Assembly (NCBI RefSeq): GCF_009914755.1
Contig: NC_060925.1
Source of the DNA: the human T2T-CHM13v2.0 reference genome, Homo sapiens
Length of the DNA stretch: 64,000 bases
Direction: 5' to 3' (one strand)
Shown piece after piece: positions 45,891 to 58,156 of the stretch. A program made the position numbers and the translations under genes. Position 1 is the first letter of the stretch, and the number at the start of each line of letters is the position of its first letter. Under the pieces are notes generated by a model. It was not told the DNA's origin. It saw only the letters and a program-made list of their open reading frames with translations, and searched no databases.

Positions 45891-46077
45891 AACATTCTAG
45901 TATGCCAGTAGAAAAAAACATCACTTTAGAAAGGCCTTCTGATGTAAATCTCACATGCCAGTTCACAACATCCGGGGATTTGAATGCAGTAAATGTGACT
46001 TGGAAAAAAGATAGTGAACAACTTGAGAATAATTATCTTGTCAGTGCAACAGGAAGCACCTTATATACCCAATACAG
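45891..46077 (+). pseudogene. EMBP1: Embigin exon 3 (187 nt; Ig-like domain 1, N-terminal part), phase 1 to 2
   Basis: TAATAG|AACAT acceptor; (E)HSSMPVEKNITLERPSDVNLTCQFTTSGDLNAVNVTWKKD...YTQY(R); donor CAG|GTGAGT. Confidence 0.92.
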
Positions 46078-46311
46078 GTGAGTATACAAATTTTAACCTA
46101 CCTTGCTCACCAAAAGTAGCTTAATTCTAAATACTTTTGCTGACTGAGCATTCTTTCCTCTGCAGCCACTTGAATGTTATGCTAATATTCTAATTTGCAT
46201 ATTTACAGAATTATTTCTCTTTTTAAATTTTGATTAATGGCTAAGTCTTTTCATTTTCATTAAGAAGGTTTTGAGAACTAAGCCTATATTAATAACTTGA
46301 ATTATCTTTAG

Positions 46312-46400
46312 GTTCACCATCATTAACAGCAAACAAATGGGAAGTTATTCTTGTTTCTTCTGAGAGGAAAAAGAACGAAGGGGAACATTTAATTTCAAAG
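46312..46400 (+). pseudogene. EMBP1: Embigin exon 4 (89 nt) containing a premature TGA
   Basis: TTTAG|GTTC acceptor; FTIINSKQMGSYSCFF*EEKERRGTFNFK; donor AAG|GTCAGT. Confidence 0.92.
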
Positions 46401-49400
46401 GTCAGTATTAATAACTTGAGGAATAGTTAATAACTTCAGCATTATGTTCTTAGATTTCTCAATCCTGTAATTTTTAAATTATTTTTACAATAGTAAACAT
46501 AATATAGCTGAAAGAAAGTCATATGCTTTCCAGAGCCACAAGAGGCAGCCTTGAAAATGGTCTTGTATCCCGCAAGTCCACTTCCTTCCTGCTTCTATTC
46601 CTCAATTTAAAGCACAGGTTTTAGTTCAAAAGGCCAGCCTACCACATTATTAGTGAATTATATCAGTCGCCTGAATTTCTTTATTTATCCCTCTAAATTC
46701 CTAGCTTTTATAATAGTCTTCCACATCTCTAAGTTATTGTGGTCCCAGCCTCTGAGAGTGTGGGTTGATGTTCTATATCCATAGCTCCAGGACATGGGAT
46801 TTTAGGATCCATAAAACTTAAAAATAATATGGAGATGCACAAAGGGTTGCCTACTTTTTATTTCACAAAGTAAGGAGGTTTAAAGATATATACAAGCCCC
46901 AGAATATCATCCACATTTCTTTTCCTTGGAAACAAACGAATTAAAATATTTTACTGTTACCATCATTAAACCAAAACTCAAGGAGGTCTCAATCTCATAA
47001 TAAAGACTAGTTGTTTGAGTTAGATAATTATCATTTTGAAAAACCCAGTATTTTGTGGTGATTAGTGAACCATAATATCATTCTGGTATTTGGGAAATGC
47101 AATCTGTTGCCCTATTAACTACGTTGGACTCTGCTTTGCACTAATTTCCCAGGAAACATGAAAATTGTAACTTTTCCTAAAACTCCTAAAGCCCGACTGT
47201 CTGCTGTGACAGAATGTGGATGCTATTCTCAAGGCTCCATCAACAGCAGAATGGCTTGCTTCACCATTGCCATGATCTAATGGTTCACTCCTTTGTCCCT
47301 CATTGCATCCCTTCTGCACTCACAGAGTCATTTTATTTTTATGGCTTTGTAATTGTTCCAGTGTGGTGAATATAATAAATTCTTGTATTTATATATCTTG
47401 GTCTCTCCAAAAGCAGAAACTAGTATCATTCTTTGATTATTTTAGTCATGTATATTCTTTCTTAACTTTTTTCCCTCCATTTGCCTTTAACTTAGTGAAG
47501 GACTGGATAACACCATATACATTTCCTTTCAGTTTCCTTTTCCTTTCGCATTTCATTTTTCCCTCCCCTGCCCCATCTGCCCTTCCCCTCCTCTTTCCTT
47601 AATCTCTCTTTTCCTTTCCTTTTTTCTGTCCTTTCTTCCCTCCCACCTTTTGAGTTCATTTCCTTCCTTTTTTCCTCCCTTTCTCTTTCTTTTTCTTCCC
47701 AGTGAGCAAAAAATATTAAACACACAAAATTTCAGTGAACATGTTTTATTGAGTTTTCAAAAAATATGTAAAGAAGGCCTACAAATTCTGAGGAAATGCT
47801 CACAGAATCTTGTGACTTAAAATGCTCCCAAGATATTCAACTTTAAACACTGTTTTCATTTTTTTTTTTTCTAAGACATTGTGCTCTGGAAATATATACT
47901 AGCAATACCTGCTTTCAATATTGAAGATAACACATTTTTCTCATTAGTTTTGATAATTACTTAAATTATTATGTGGAAGTGATCATTCTTGTGTCTAATG
48001 TGAAGATTAACAAGCATTTTACTTTTCAACATACCAATACACTGAATTGCAAGTATTCACACGGAAGGCCTCTTGATTCTCCAGCTGTTTTGAGATGACT
48101 AAGCTGATTTTGGCTGGTGTCAGCAGCATTGACTCAAGGCCTAGGATTTAAATCAAGGCTTTAAGGAAAGCAAAGAATCACTGAATACTTCCTTTTTTTT
48201 CTTTTCTAGTTGTCTTGAAGCAGTGTAGGTTAGCTAATTTGTTTTTAATGCCCATTTAACATTAACGTAACTTTTAAGTATGTATTATATCTTGAAGATA
48301 TTTATAAAATTAATAAGTTGGGTCCTTTCAAATCTTCCTTGGTAAAATAAAAATTCTCTATAATTCATCTAAATTGAATATTGCTTAGAGAAATAATTTT
48401 ACTTGAGTAGTATTTAAAGACATCTGTACATTATTCATATTATAGTTATTTAATAGTTCTGAAAGGCTTATAAAATGGTGTATATTTTTATAAATGTCCT
48501 ATTATATTATTTCTCCTTATGGTTTACTTAATGGTTTTTCCTAAGAAGAAGAATTATCTTTTCTTAGAATACTTACAACTGCATGTAGATGAAAAGGCTG
48601 TTTTATTCTCTATTTTAAATTGAGCCAAAGATAAATTTTTCTGCCATTGACTACATGAGCCACCTATAGTGCATGAGCCTGAGTCTTCAGAACAATTCAT
48701 CAGCAAAGTCCCTGCTGCTGTCTTTAAGGGTGCTGGTTGATTTACTACTACAAGGTTGTAAAAGGCCCTCAAGATTACTGATTAGTTCAATGCACAAAAA
48801 CCTGCTGACTTTATGTGTTTCACTGTTGATGCTAGGACAGAGGAGACAGCAAAAGTGTACACTGGAAGTTTGTGACTGCTAATATATTGCTGATAACTTG
48901 CCACCCGAGAAGGAGAAAGATGAGTGATGGTCTATAGTGTTTCTCAGTAGTGGATCAAACATTCTGAGTGGTTGCTGAAAGCTTCCATAATATTTATCAA
49001 TGTTAAAATATCTTAGTAGAAAGTATGAAGAAATTTAATTGGTAAAGAACAAGAACTTTTTGGAAGTCATGATGAGATTTTGATACTACCAAATGTAGTG
49101 AAGCCTGTCATAGCTCAACTATCTGTCTTCTCCTGGAAGTATCTAAAAATTCAAAGTATGGAAAGGTAGCATAGTAGAATCAGCTGGGACTTCAGCCCTG
49201 GATCCCAGTGTTGAAGTATAGTTAGCATTCTTTTACTACATGGAGTAATCTTTTTTCCTAATTTGGTGATACCTAAAAGTCTTTGAACCAGTATGACATT
49301 TAGGCCAATTTGTTCTAGTGCATGAATATACAAATATAGTCTCCAATTTTACAACTCCAGAGAGCTGTTACTTTCACTGGGTATATCCAAACCCCATCTT

Positions 49401-50060
49401 CCTAGAAACTAGCCTGAATCAGCAATTTCACCACCTTCAAACCTGGTTTATTCCAACCCTAGCACTCTTATGCATCCGACTTTATGCAAAGTCTTAAAAG
49501 GTCAACAGGGCACATTAGAATACTGTCTCACTGTCCTTATATTAATAAATATTTCAAAATATAAGCTGTGGCCCCAAACCCCAGAATAGTTCAAACAAAT
49601 GTCATGTTCCCTGAACATAGTGCATTTTATAATTTAAATCCACACTGCTGTTATTAGCCATATATAGCAGAACAAAAGCATGGTTTATGGTATTTTAGTC
49701 GTTAGTCTAGGGGATAATCAAGAAAACTGAAGAGATGGCAAGAAAACAGAATTTTGGTTTCAGCTTTTCCATGTTGTCACTCAGTCATTGTCAGCTACCT
49801 GCAATTTACAGCCTGATCTTAATATTTAGTTGGGATGGTTTAATAACATAGTCATGTGTTCCTCATCAAATCTCATAGAATACTCAACTTTCTTGAAAAG
49901 CCCCTTGCAGCTTCCAGTATGCTTCCCAAGCAGGTGGCTCTTCGAGGAATACTGAAAAGCAGTGTATATTCTGCCGGGTTTTCCCCCAAGAATTACCTTT
50001 CTTCCACATTTTATTCTTAGCCTGTGGCTAAATTTTGGTATTTTGAACCTATTTATCCTG

Positions 50061-51209
50061 GATAAAATTTCCAGGATAGGAAATCTTTAGTTGATACGAA
50101 TTTATGAAAGGCCAGCAAAGAGTTAGAGAAAGTGGGAACAAGGAACAAAGGAAAATTAACAGAAAGAGAACAGCGTAAGAAAGAAAATAAGATTTAAAAA
50201 TGCTTTCATGTGGTTTTGTAAAAAATATATATATACTAATATCCATTATGATAAATTTCCTAGTCAAGGAAGGATATTTTCCTGCTAAAGCGTGACCCAA
50301 TTGCCAGAACGAAACATGTAGAGATTGAGAAATGGGATATCTGAGAGATAAACAACCTGGGAAAGCGGAAACTGTGTCCTTAACTACTTAGTGTCTAATG
50401 CAAAACCTGCACTCCAAAGCAGCGTTTGTTTTAAGGTGAGCCTAACAGGGCTGTAGAGGTCATTGCCCTAGTAATGCACTAATGCATCTTGTGCCTCTTC
50501 AGATGGAACTCAGGAAGTGTGGCTGCTCTTCCTCTCGGGTTGTAGGGAACCTTGTGGCTTCAGCAAAGATTCCCTATTTTAGCCAAGCTCCAATCTCTGC
50601 TTATCTGCAGGTCTTTAGTTGACATGATTTCATCTATTCTTTCCCTACTGGCAAACTAAACATATAAATGAAAAAAGTAAACACACAAACACACGCATGT
50701 GCACACACACGGACACACAAAACCAAAAGAAGCATAAAACCTGCTAAAATTCCAAAAAGTAAAAGAAAAAATTAGCAAAATAATCTTAGTTGCTGAGTCT
50801 ACATCTTCAGTGTAAGTGTACCTTCTATAATACATCCTTCAAGGTCAATCAGAAGGAACTGATTGCACCTGTAGGCTTTTCATTGTACTGTTTATGCTCT
50901 TATCTTTTAATATACCAAGTTATTTACATCCTTAAAACATTTTTTTTCTAAATTCAGTGCCCATTTGTATTCTGTTTCTAATGGAATCTACTTCAAACTT
51001 CCTTGACTAGGAAATTTATCATAATGGATATTAGTATATATATATTTTTTACAAAACCACATGAAAGCATTTTTAAATCTTATTTTCTTTCTTACACTGT
51101 TCTCTTTCTGTTAATTTTCCTTTGTTCCTTGTTCCCACTTTCTCTAACTCTTTGCTGGCCTTTCATAAATTCGTATCAACTAAAGATTTCCTATCCTGGA
51201 AATTTTATC
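50061..51209. repeat. Near-perfect 212-bp inverted repeat (arms 50061-50272 and 50998-51209, 725-bp spacer)
   Basis: Arms are reverse complements with one mismatch seen; ORFs 50049-50300(-) and 51003-51245(+) share almost the same translation. Confidence 0.92.
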
Positions 51210-51608
51210 TTCTCACTCAAATGCTACCTGAGGTCAAAACTTTGAAGAAAGTAATTACTCTAAGGTAGCTTAGTAGGCGGGAAGAAAGAACAGGGGTTTG
51301 AAAATATGAAGCTTCTTTCTTACCCAAAACATGTAACTTATCCAAAAAGAAACAATACTTTTGTTGTTAGGCTCAATAATAGAAGACCTTCCATTTCTAT
51401 ACATTGGAGACAATTATATTGAATCTCTCTACTATTATTATTACTACTAACTACACCCTAACTACTATAAATTAGTTTCATTTATATATAACTGAAAGTA
51501 TGTAAAATAATGTAATGAAAAAATGAAAGGAGACAATATCTGCACATTTAATACATTTCCTTTACCTAAATTCTTTCAGTAACATACATTTCTCTATTTT
51601 ATTCTCAG

Positions 51609-51736
51609 TCCCTGAACTTCATGGGAAAAACAAGCCATTGATCTCTTACGTAGGGGATTCTACTGTCTTGACATGTAAATGTCAAAATTGTTTTCCTTTA
51701 AATTGGACCTGGTACAGTAGTAATGGGAGTGTAAAG
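51609..51736 (+). pseudogene. EMBP1: Embigin exon 5 (128 nt; Ig-like domain 2 start)
   Basis: CTCAG|TCCCT acceptor; (V)PELHGKNKPLISYVGDSTVLTCKCQNCFPLNWTWYSSNGSVK; donor AAG|GTAAGA. Confidence 0.92.
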
Positions 51737-54017
51737 GTAAGATATTTCCTTGATTTGAAGAAAACAACAACAACAAAAAACATTTATTTAATAAATAACA
51801 AGATTGTAACAGACTCAGCATTCCTAAGATGATTTATACTTTTGTTACCTTGTTGTTTAGCTTATGTTCATAAAGAAAGAGCAGTGACAAACGGAGTTGT
51901 CATTTGATGGTTTTTGGCATGTTTGCATTATACATATGAAGATACTCGTAACTTTTCATTAGCTTGTACTTTGTTTTTTAGGTTTAACAATTTAATTACA
52001 TTCTTTGAAAAGAAATTACATTTTGTGTATAGTTGCCTAGTTTAGGAATAACCCCATTAGAAAATACTCTTTTGAAAATCATTCCATGAAAGTAACTAGA
52101 AAAAATGCTAGACACCTTTTTTGGGCTTCTGTCTCCTGAAACATCTGTGATAGAATGCAAAATAATGGCACTATTTGAGAAAATAATGAAAACTTTGTAA
52201 CTTAATCTTACCTCTTAGGTTCTATCAGTAAGTGTTATTGGCCTTTTCAAGCTACCTGAGAGAAGCCTAATACTTTTAATTGCTTTTTTACTAAGATAAA
52301 TCGCTATTCAAAGAGCTGACATTAAGAAAAACATGAGTATTTTATAAATAATTCCTGGTTTCCTTTCTTCTCCCCAAATCGCCTCTAATGGCAGGAAAAT
52401 TTAGGACATTGTCCTTTAGGAGACACCCTTCCTCTGCCCTGGCACTAATAAGCATTACAATTAAAGTCCTGTTAAAGGCAAGCTATAATTGTAGAAGGAA
52501 CATATGAGACAGTGTAGATGTTACAATGAAATATTAAATTCCTTCTTAGACAAAATTGGCGTTATTATAGACTATTGAAGGATGATAGATGACTCAGAAG
52601 GGAGTGTGACTTACTCTGTGCTAACAGGTTTAGTTTTTCAATGAAATAGTTCCAACCAAATCCCACAGATGCAGACTGAAGCCATTCCTACTCCTGCTTG
52701 TCTTCTGATGGATGATGAGGAAAGGCAATCATTGTGTATATGTAATTTTTTTTCAAAAAGTATAATTTTGTAAAAACAAATGTCAACTGTGGTATTTGAA
52801 ATACACAGCTTTATTTATTGATGTGTATGTGGTACAACAATACGTGAAAAACATTAGCCTTCATCTAATTATATCAGATGTTGAAAATGTCATTTTAGAC
52901 ATACTGGTGCTTTTGTCCATTGCTATACTAGTCATTATCCTCTTAATTTAACTCTAAGCATGAGTCGTATTAGAGTGTGAGAAAAGTTTGGGGAACAGGG
53001 CGCAGGTCAAAACTTGAGCACAAATGCGTTTTCAAAATGTAGACCAACCAGGTGCATCAGAATCAGCTGGGTACTTATTAAAAATATGGTACTTTGATTG
53101 ATTAGCTCTGACCAATCGGTACCAAACATTCCAGGCAGTGTTGTGCACATGGTGCCAGGTTGCTGTAATTTTTTTGTTTTTTGCACAAATAATATACTCA
53201 CAGATAGTTCTTCCTTGGATAAGCTCTGAGAATATTTGTATGCAGATTAGCATTTATTGAATAGTACGGTTGAGTGATGGAGCAGGGAAAGCATCAAATG
53301 GCTTGGGAATAAAATTTAATTTAAATAGATTAAATAAAACAGCCCCAAATAGCTTAGTATGGCACCTTGTGAGTCTGTGGAAAACCCTGCAAATCTTAGA
53401 AGCCAGCTTATCTGAGAGAGAAAGAAATTCAGATATGAAAAGACAGAAGGTGTGCAGTTCACTTCAGACCCCAGGCTCACAGAGGGTCCCCTCCATTCTA
53501 TCTACATCAGCTCCAAAAGGCCTGAAAGTTTCATCTTCATTTCTAGCCTGGGGAAATCACATTGTCTGAGTGAGCGATTTTCCTGTATAGAAATGATCAG
53601 AAATAGTAGCTTCCAGGGTGGTAGTTGTTTGAATATGTGCCTGTGCTTGTGAAGGAAAAAGTACTTTGACTAAAGCACTAGGCAGGGATAGGAATGTGAG
53701 ACTCAGATGACTGGGATTTTTCTGTTTTTAATTCTTCTATAATACTTAGCCATGATGACCTATTTGCTTCTTTGTAGTTTTAAACATTCAGTGCTAAATC
53801 CTTATCGCAATGTATACATTTTTTCTTTGTTTGCTCCCTGGGAGATCAAACTCTGATAAGACTTAAGTGTGTTATAGATAACCTCTCACAAATTTTAATA
53901 TGCCTTTCTCTAGTAAGCAATGTTGTTGGCATTATCTTATAGCTTTCACTGAAAAACTATATCATGTATCTTTTATGTACTATGATAGGAATGGATTTTA
54001 ATGTCTCCTCACATTAG

Positions 54018-54294
54018 GTTCCTGTTGGTGTTCAAATGAATAAATATGTGATCAATGGAACATATGCTAATGAAACAAAGCTGAAGATAACACAACTTTT
54101 GGAGGAAGATGGGGGATTTTACTGGTGCCATGCACTATTCCAATTAGACGAGAGTGAAGAACACATTGAGCTTGTGGTGCTGAGCTATTTGGTGCCCCTC
54201 AAACCATTTCTTGCAATAGTGGCTGAGGTGATTCTTTTAGTGGCCACCATTCTGCTTTGTGAAAAGTACACACAAAAGAAAAAGAAGCACTCAG
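54018..54294 (+). pseudogene. EMBP1: Embigin exon 6 (277 nt; Ig2 end and transmembrane helix with intramembrane Glu)
   Basis: ATTAG|GTT acceptor; VPVGVQMNKY...LKPFLAIVAEVILLVATILLCEKYTQKKKKHS; donor CAG|GTGGGA. Confidence 0.92.
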
Positions 54295-55144
54295 GTGGGA
54301 TTTCTTTTTTTTTTGTTTTGTTTTTTTCGAAAGTATTATCAGTTAATTATAAGTATTATTTACTTATGATATGGATTATGATTTGATACATTGCAATGAC
54401 TTTAGGATTTTTGGGGAAAATCTTCATTTTCTTATTTGGAGCAGTATTTAGGTTTACAACAATGGTGACAGTGAGCTGGAAACATATCAATGGTCTTCCT
54501 GTTTCAATTCCTGAAAAAACTTAGTATTAAAAATGCCTTTTTTCTTTCTCTTCCCTGCCCCCTGCCCAACCCCCCACCTTTTTTTTTTGGTGCTACTGGT
54601 ACCTAAGTACCAATTAGGTGATATGTATTCTGGCACTGGAATATTCGGAAAATCTATGATAGCTTAATATAAAAAGTCTCAAAGAAACAATTTTTCTTTC
54701 ACTTAGATTATCATTTAAAAAATATTTTATTAACCATTCCAGAGTTCTCATTAAAGAGAGACCATCCTGTCATTTCCTATTTTTGCAGCCTGTGCCTGAT
54801 GGGTTACAGGTTGATAAAGCAGTAATCCTAGAGAAAATTGACCTTACATCCTGTGTTCTTTCCTGATTTTATACTAAATTTTTAATGATTTAAATAATGA
54901 CAAACTAAGCAGTCATGTTTTTGAAAATATCAGGCCACTAAACTATGTTTGATCAGAAATGCAGATAAGGTCTGTAGTGCAACTAAAGGAGGTGTAGGTG
55001 TTTAAGGTAGCATGTCTCTCCTTCATTCCAAACAAGAGAAACAGCATAGTACTTTCTTACTTAGGAAGGAGGTTTAATTGAGCATATACGTTCCATAAAA
55101 ATGACAAACCAACTTCATAGTCAAATTCTTCTTTTGTTACACAG

Positions 55145-55178
55145 ATGAGGGGAAAGAATTTGAGCAGATTGAACAGCT
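55145..55178 (+). pseudogene. EMBP1: Embigin exon 7 (34 nt)
   Basis: ACAG|ATGAG acceptor; (D)EGKEFEQIEQ(L); donor CT|GTAAGT. Confidence 0.9.
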
Positions 55179-56802
55179 GTAAGTATTATTTTTTACAGAT
55201 TAATTTTCGCTTGAGTAAAATACAGGGAAATATAAAATTGAATGAAATGTTTGCAGTTGGGGGAAAAAAGGCAGAGGAGTATTTTCTGTATATGCCCACG
55301 TGGTGGTGGAAAGTGGCATTCCAAGTCTGCCTGCCTGCGTGAGAATTCTTCTTCATCACTTACTACCTGCACTTCTCTGTACTTCAGCTTTCTTCTCTAC
55401 AAAATGGATTTAATAATAGTACTCACCATATGAGGTTGTTGGATGGAATGAATATTATATATGTGTAAATGCATAGCATAGGTTATGGTGCACAGGTGTG
55501 CAGTAACCATCAGGAAGTATTTAATATTATTTTTTTAAAGCAATAGTTCTCAAGCCTGGCAATTTTTGATCACTTAAGAGTCTCTTTAAAAATACAGTTG
55601 CTCAGACCTTGCTGAATCTCCTGGACCAGAACCTCTTGGGTTGGGTCTGTGGCATCTGTATTTCTTGAAGACATCTACAAATGGTTTTGATCCTCTGTCT
55701 GTTGAAAATCACTGGCCTAGAATTCTATTAGTTATTATTATTCAGAGAACACAAATTATGTCACAGGTTCTCTTACACAGCCTTTGTTTAGAGTTAAGCA
55801 TGAGTAGGTCTGGAAATAAAATCACCAGGGATGTAATTTAGTTTGGCAAAGATGGGAGTTCCAGATTCCTCCAAGCCAGAGAACTGAGTATGGAGGCTAG
55901 TGACAGAGGTGTCTAAGACTGGGATTAAAGCCTGAGCAATAGAGCCAAGGGCTGGGGGCCAGGAAAACGAGGCTAGATTAAAGTTGCTGCAAGAAACCTG
56001 AGACGTGGAAGGCCTGAGCAAGTATAACTAACACAAAATGGCACTTAGAGTTTATCAGCCAACAGGAGCTCTATGGAGTGAGTGTTATAGGCACGGATAG
56101 CAGGAGTGGAGCAGACAGTTGTCATTTAGATGTTTGTAGACATTATTCAAATAATCATGTTCACTCTGTTCACATAGGCTGGTAAAATAAACCAATATGA
56201 TATGAGCTTCCAAGTTAAGGGCACAAAATAACTACGTCAGAAATCCTATAACACCAGATAGAGAAAAGCAGTGTTGTCTTAGAATCATAGACTCGCATAG
56301 TTGGAAGGGAATTGTATCTCTCCCAAGGGAATCCCTTCTCTTTCTGGAGAATGTAGACATCTTATTTATGTTGATTTGAACTTCTAATCTTTCCTGTTTC
56401 CATGTATTGGCCTTTTTCTTGTTCTTAGCATCATATAACAAACGTGACAGTCATTGACATACCTTGCTCGGATTCCTCTATTCTCTGAGCTGTGCCTCCC
56501 ACTGTCTCTAACCATTCCTCTGAGCTCACATTTGGAAGTTGCATTCTGATTTAAAACACACTCTGAAAGGATGGTGCCAGAACAGTGTGGAATGGACCAT
56601 CACTTCTAAACAATGTAAAATGGATTCAATCTATAGTGTAAAAGATGAATTATTTTTCTGAAAATTGGGTTAATGTACATCATTTTGCTCATCTTGTACA
56701 GCACCATAAGGATCACTGAAGGTGTTTAGTTTTTCTTTAGGTTATTTCACTATCTTTAGATTGTATACAGATATCAAGGACACTTGAACTCATTCAGAAC
56801 AA

Positions 56803-56995
56803 TGAGCTTTTTGGTGCCCCTCAAACCATTTCTTGCAATAGTTGCTGAGGTGTTTTCTTAGTGGCCATTATTCTGCTTTTGAAGAGTACACACAAAAGAA
56901 AAAAGCACTCAGGTGGGATTTCTTTTTTTTAGAAAATATTATCAGTTAATTATAAGTAACACTGTCTTATGATATGCATTATGATGTGATAATTG
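56803..56995 (+). repeat. Diverged direct duplicate of the exon 6 3' part and intron 6 start (copy of 54181-~54393)
   Basis: TTGGTGCCCCTCAAACCATTTCTTGCAATAGT...AGCACTCAGGTGGGATTTC...TATTATCAGTTAATTATAAGTA occurs at both places. Confidence 0.9.
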
Positions 56996-57527
56996 AAGCC
57001 TGCCCCCAAGACCTTGAAGGGCAAGGTATTCATTATGCGTACTGGTTATTTAGTTTTCGTCAATCTTTAGAATCTGAGGCCCACATTTGTAGTCCTGCTC
57101 TGATAAACTTTGGGTGGAAAAAGAACCATTTTTAAAACCTCTATTTCAGTGTAATAAGCATACAAATGTATAGCACCAATATCACACATGTTGGTTGACC
57201 TCCTAATTGGCTATTAGCTTGCATGTTTCCAAAACCACACATAAGTTATGGTCTTTATGCCCAAGTCCTCACTTATGCTTGGGGAGAAGCAATTCTCCCT
57301 GTGCATAAAATCAACAAGCCTTTGTCACTATCATTTGTGGTAACAGCTCCTCTTCAAGCAATGCCATAAAAATAAATTCAACATTGTAAGTAAAACATTT
57401 TTAGGAAGAAAGAATTCTGTCTGTATTGACATTTTACATTTTAACCTGATAGCCATATCAGTGATGTACTGACTTAATTTTATATAATATAAGCATTTAG
57501 TAATTTTCTTTTTTGTTTTCTGTACAG

Positions 57528-57582
57528 GAAATCAGATGATAGCAATGGTATAGAAAATAATGTCCCCAGGCATAGAAAAAAT
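57528..57582 (+). pseudogene. EMBP1: Embigin exon 8 (55 nt)
   Basis: TACAG|GAAA acceptor; KSDDSNGIENNVPRHRKN; donor AAT|GTAAGT. Confidence 0.9.
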
Positions 57583-58156
57583 GTAAGTTACTTCTGAATG
57601 ATATTCCAAATAAAAGGTAAAATTCAATATACATAGGCTATCTATTAATCAATTACTTTTTTTAGTTCCATAAAAGATCTGGTCATTTATGATGTGCTCA
57701 AATATGCTTGTTTACACTATTATAGGGGAAAATATGCAGTATAGTTATACAAAAATAAATACTTTCCTTTTCCACCAGAGGACACATAGCAACCAATCTA
57801 GAAGTAAATCTTTTGCAGTGGCTACATATTTTATTTTATCACCATGGACTAGTTTCTTTTACAATTTTTCATGTAGCTTTATTTGTTTTCCTCCCAAATT
57901 TTCTGGATTTTCTGTTATTTTAGTTTCATGTATTCCCATGTATTTGGGGGTGTAAACTTATGCATATAAGCTAACTTTCTTTGCTGATTAGATTCAAAAT
58001 TTTTAGTTCATCAACATTACAGTAGGAGCTCTTTGTTTTGGTAGTAGATTGGATCCCTCACTTCCCAGTATTTTTTGCTTTGCTAAAGTGATAGTAAGTT
58101 ACTGTAAAATAACCAGAACATACTAATTATATTTGATTATGCTTTATTTAACTCAG

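Noticed and set aside
46287-46419. Exon 4 as a retroposed insert with a 14-bp TSD
   Set aside because: No poly(A), and the exon is an integral part of Ig domain 1; kept only as a low-interest repeat observation.
50049-51245. Two near-identical ~80-aa hydrophobic ORFs as a duplicated small gene
   Set aside because: By-product of the inverted duplication of T-rich intronic DNA; no splice or promoter support.
54036-54386. 116-aa single-exon ORF; similarly 45869-46081 and 51638-51832
   Set aside because: Embigin exons extended into flanking intron; true boundaries are set by the splice sites.
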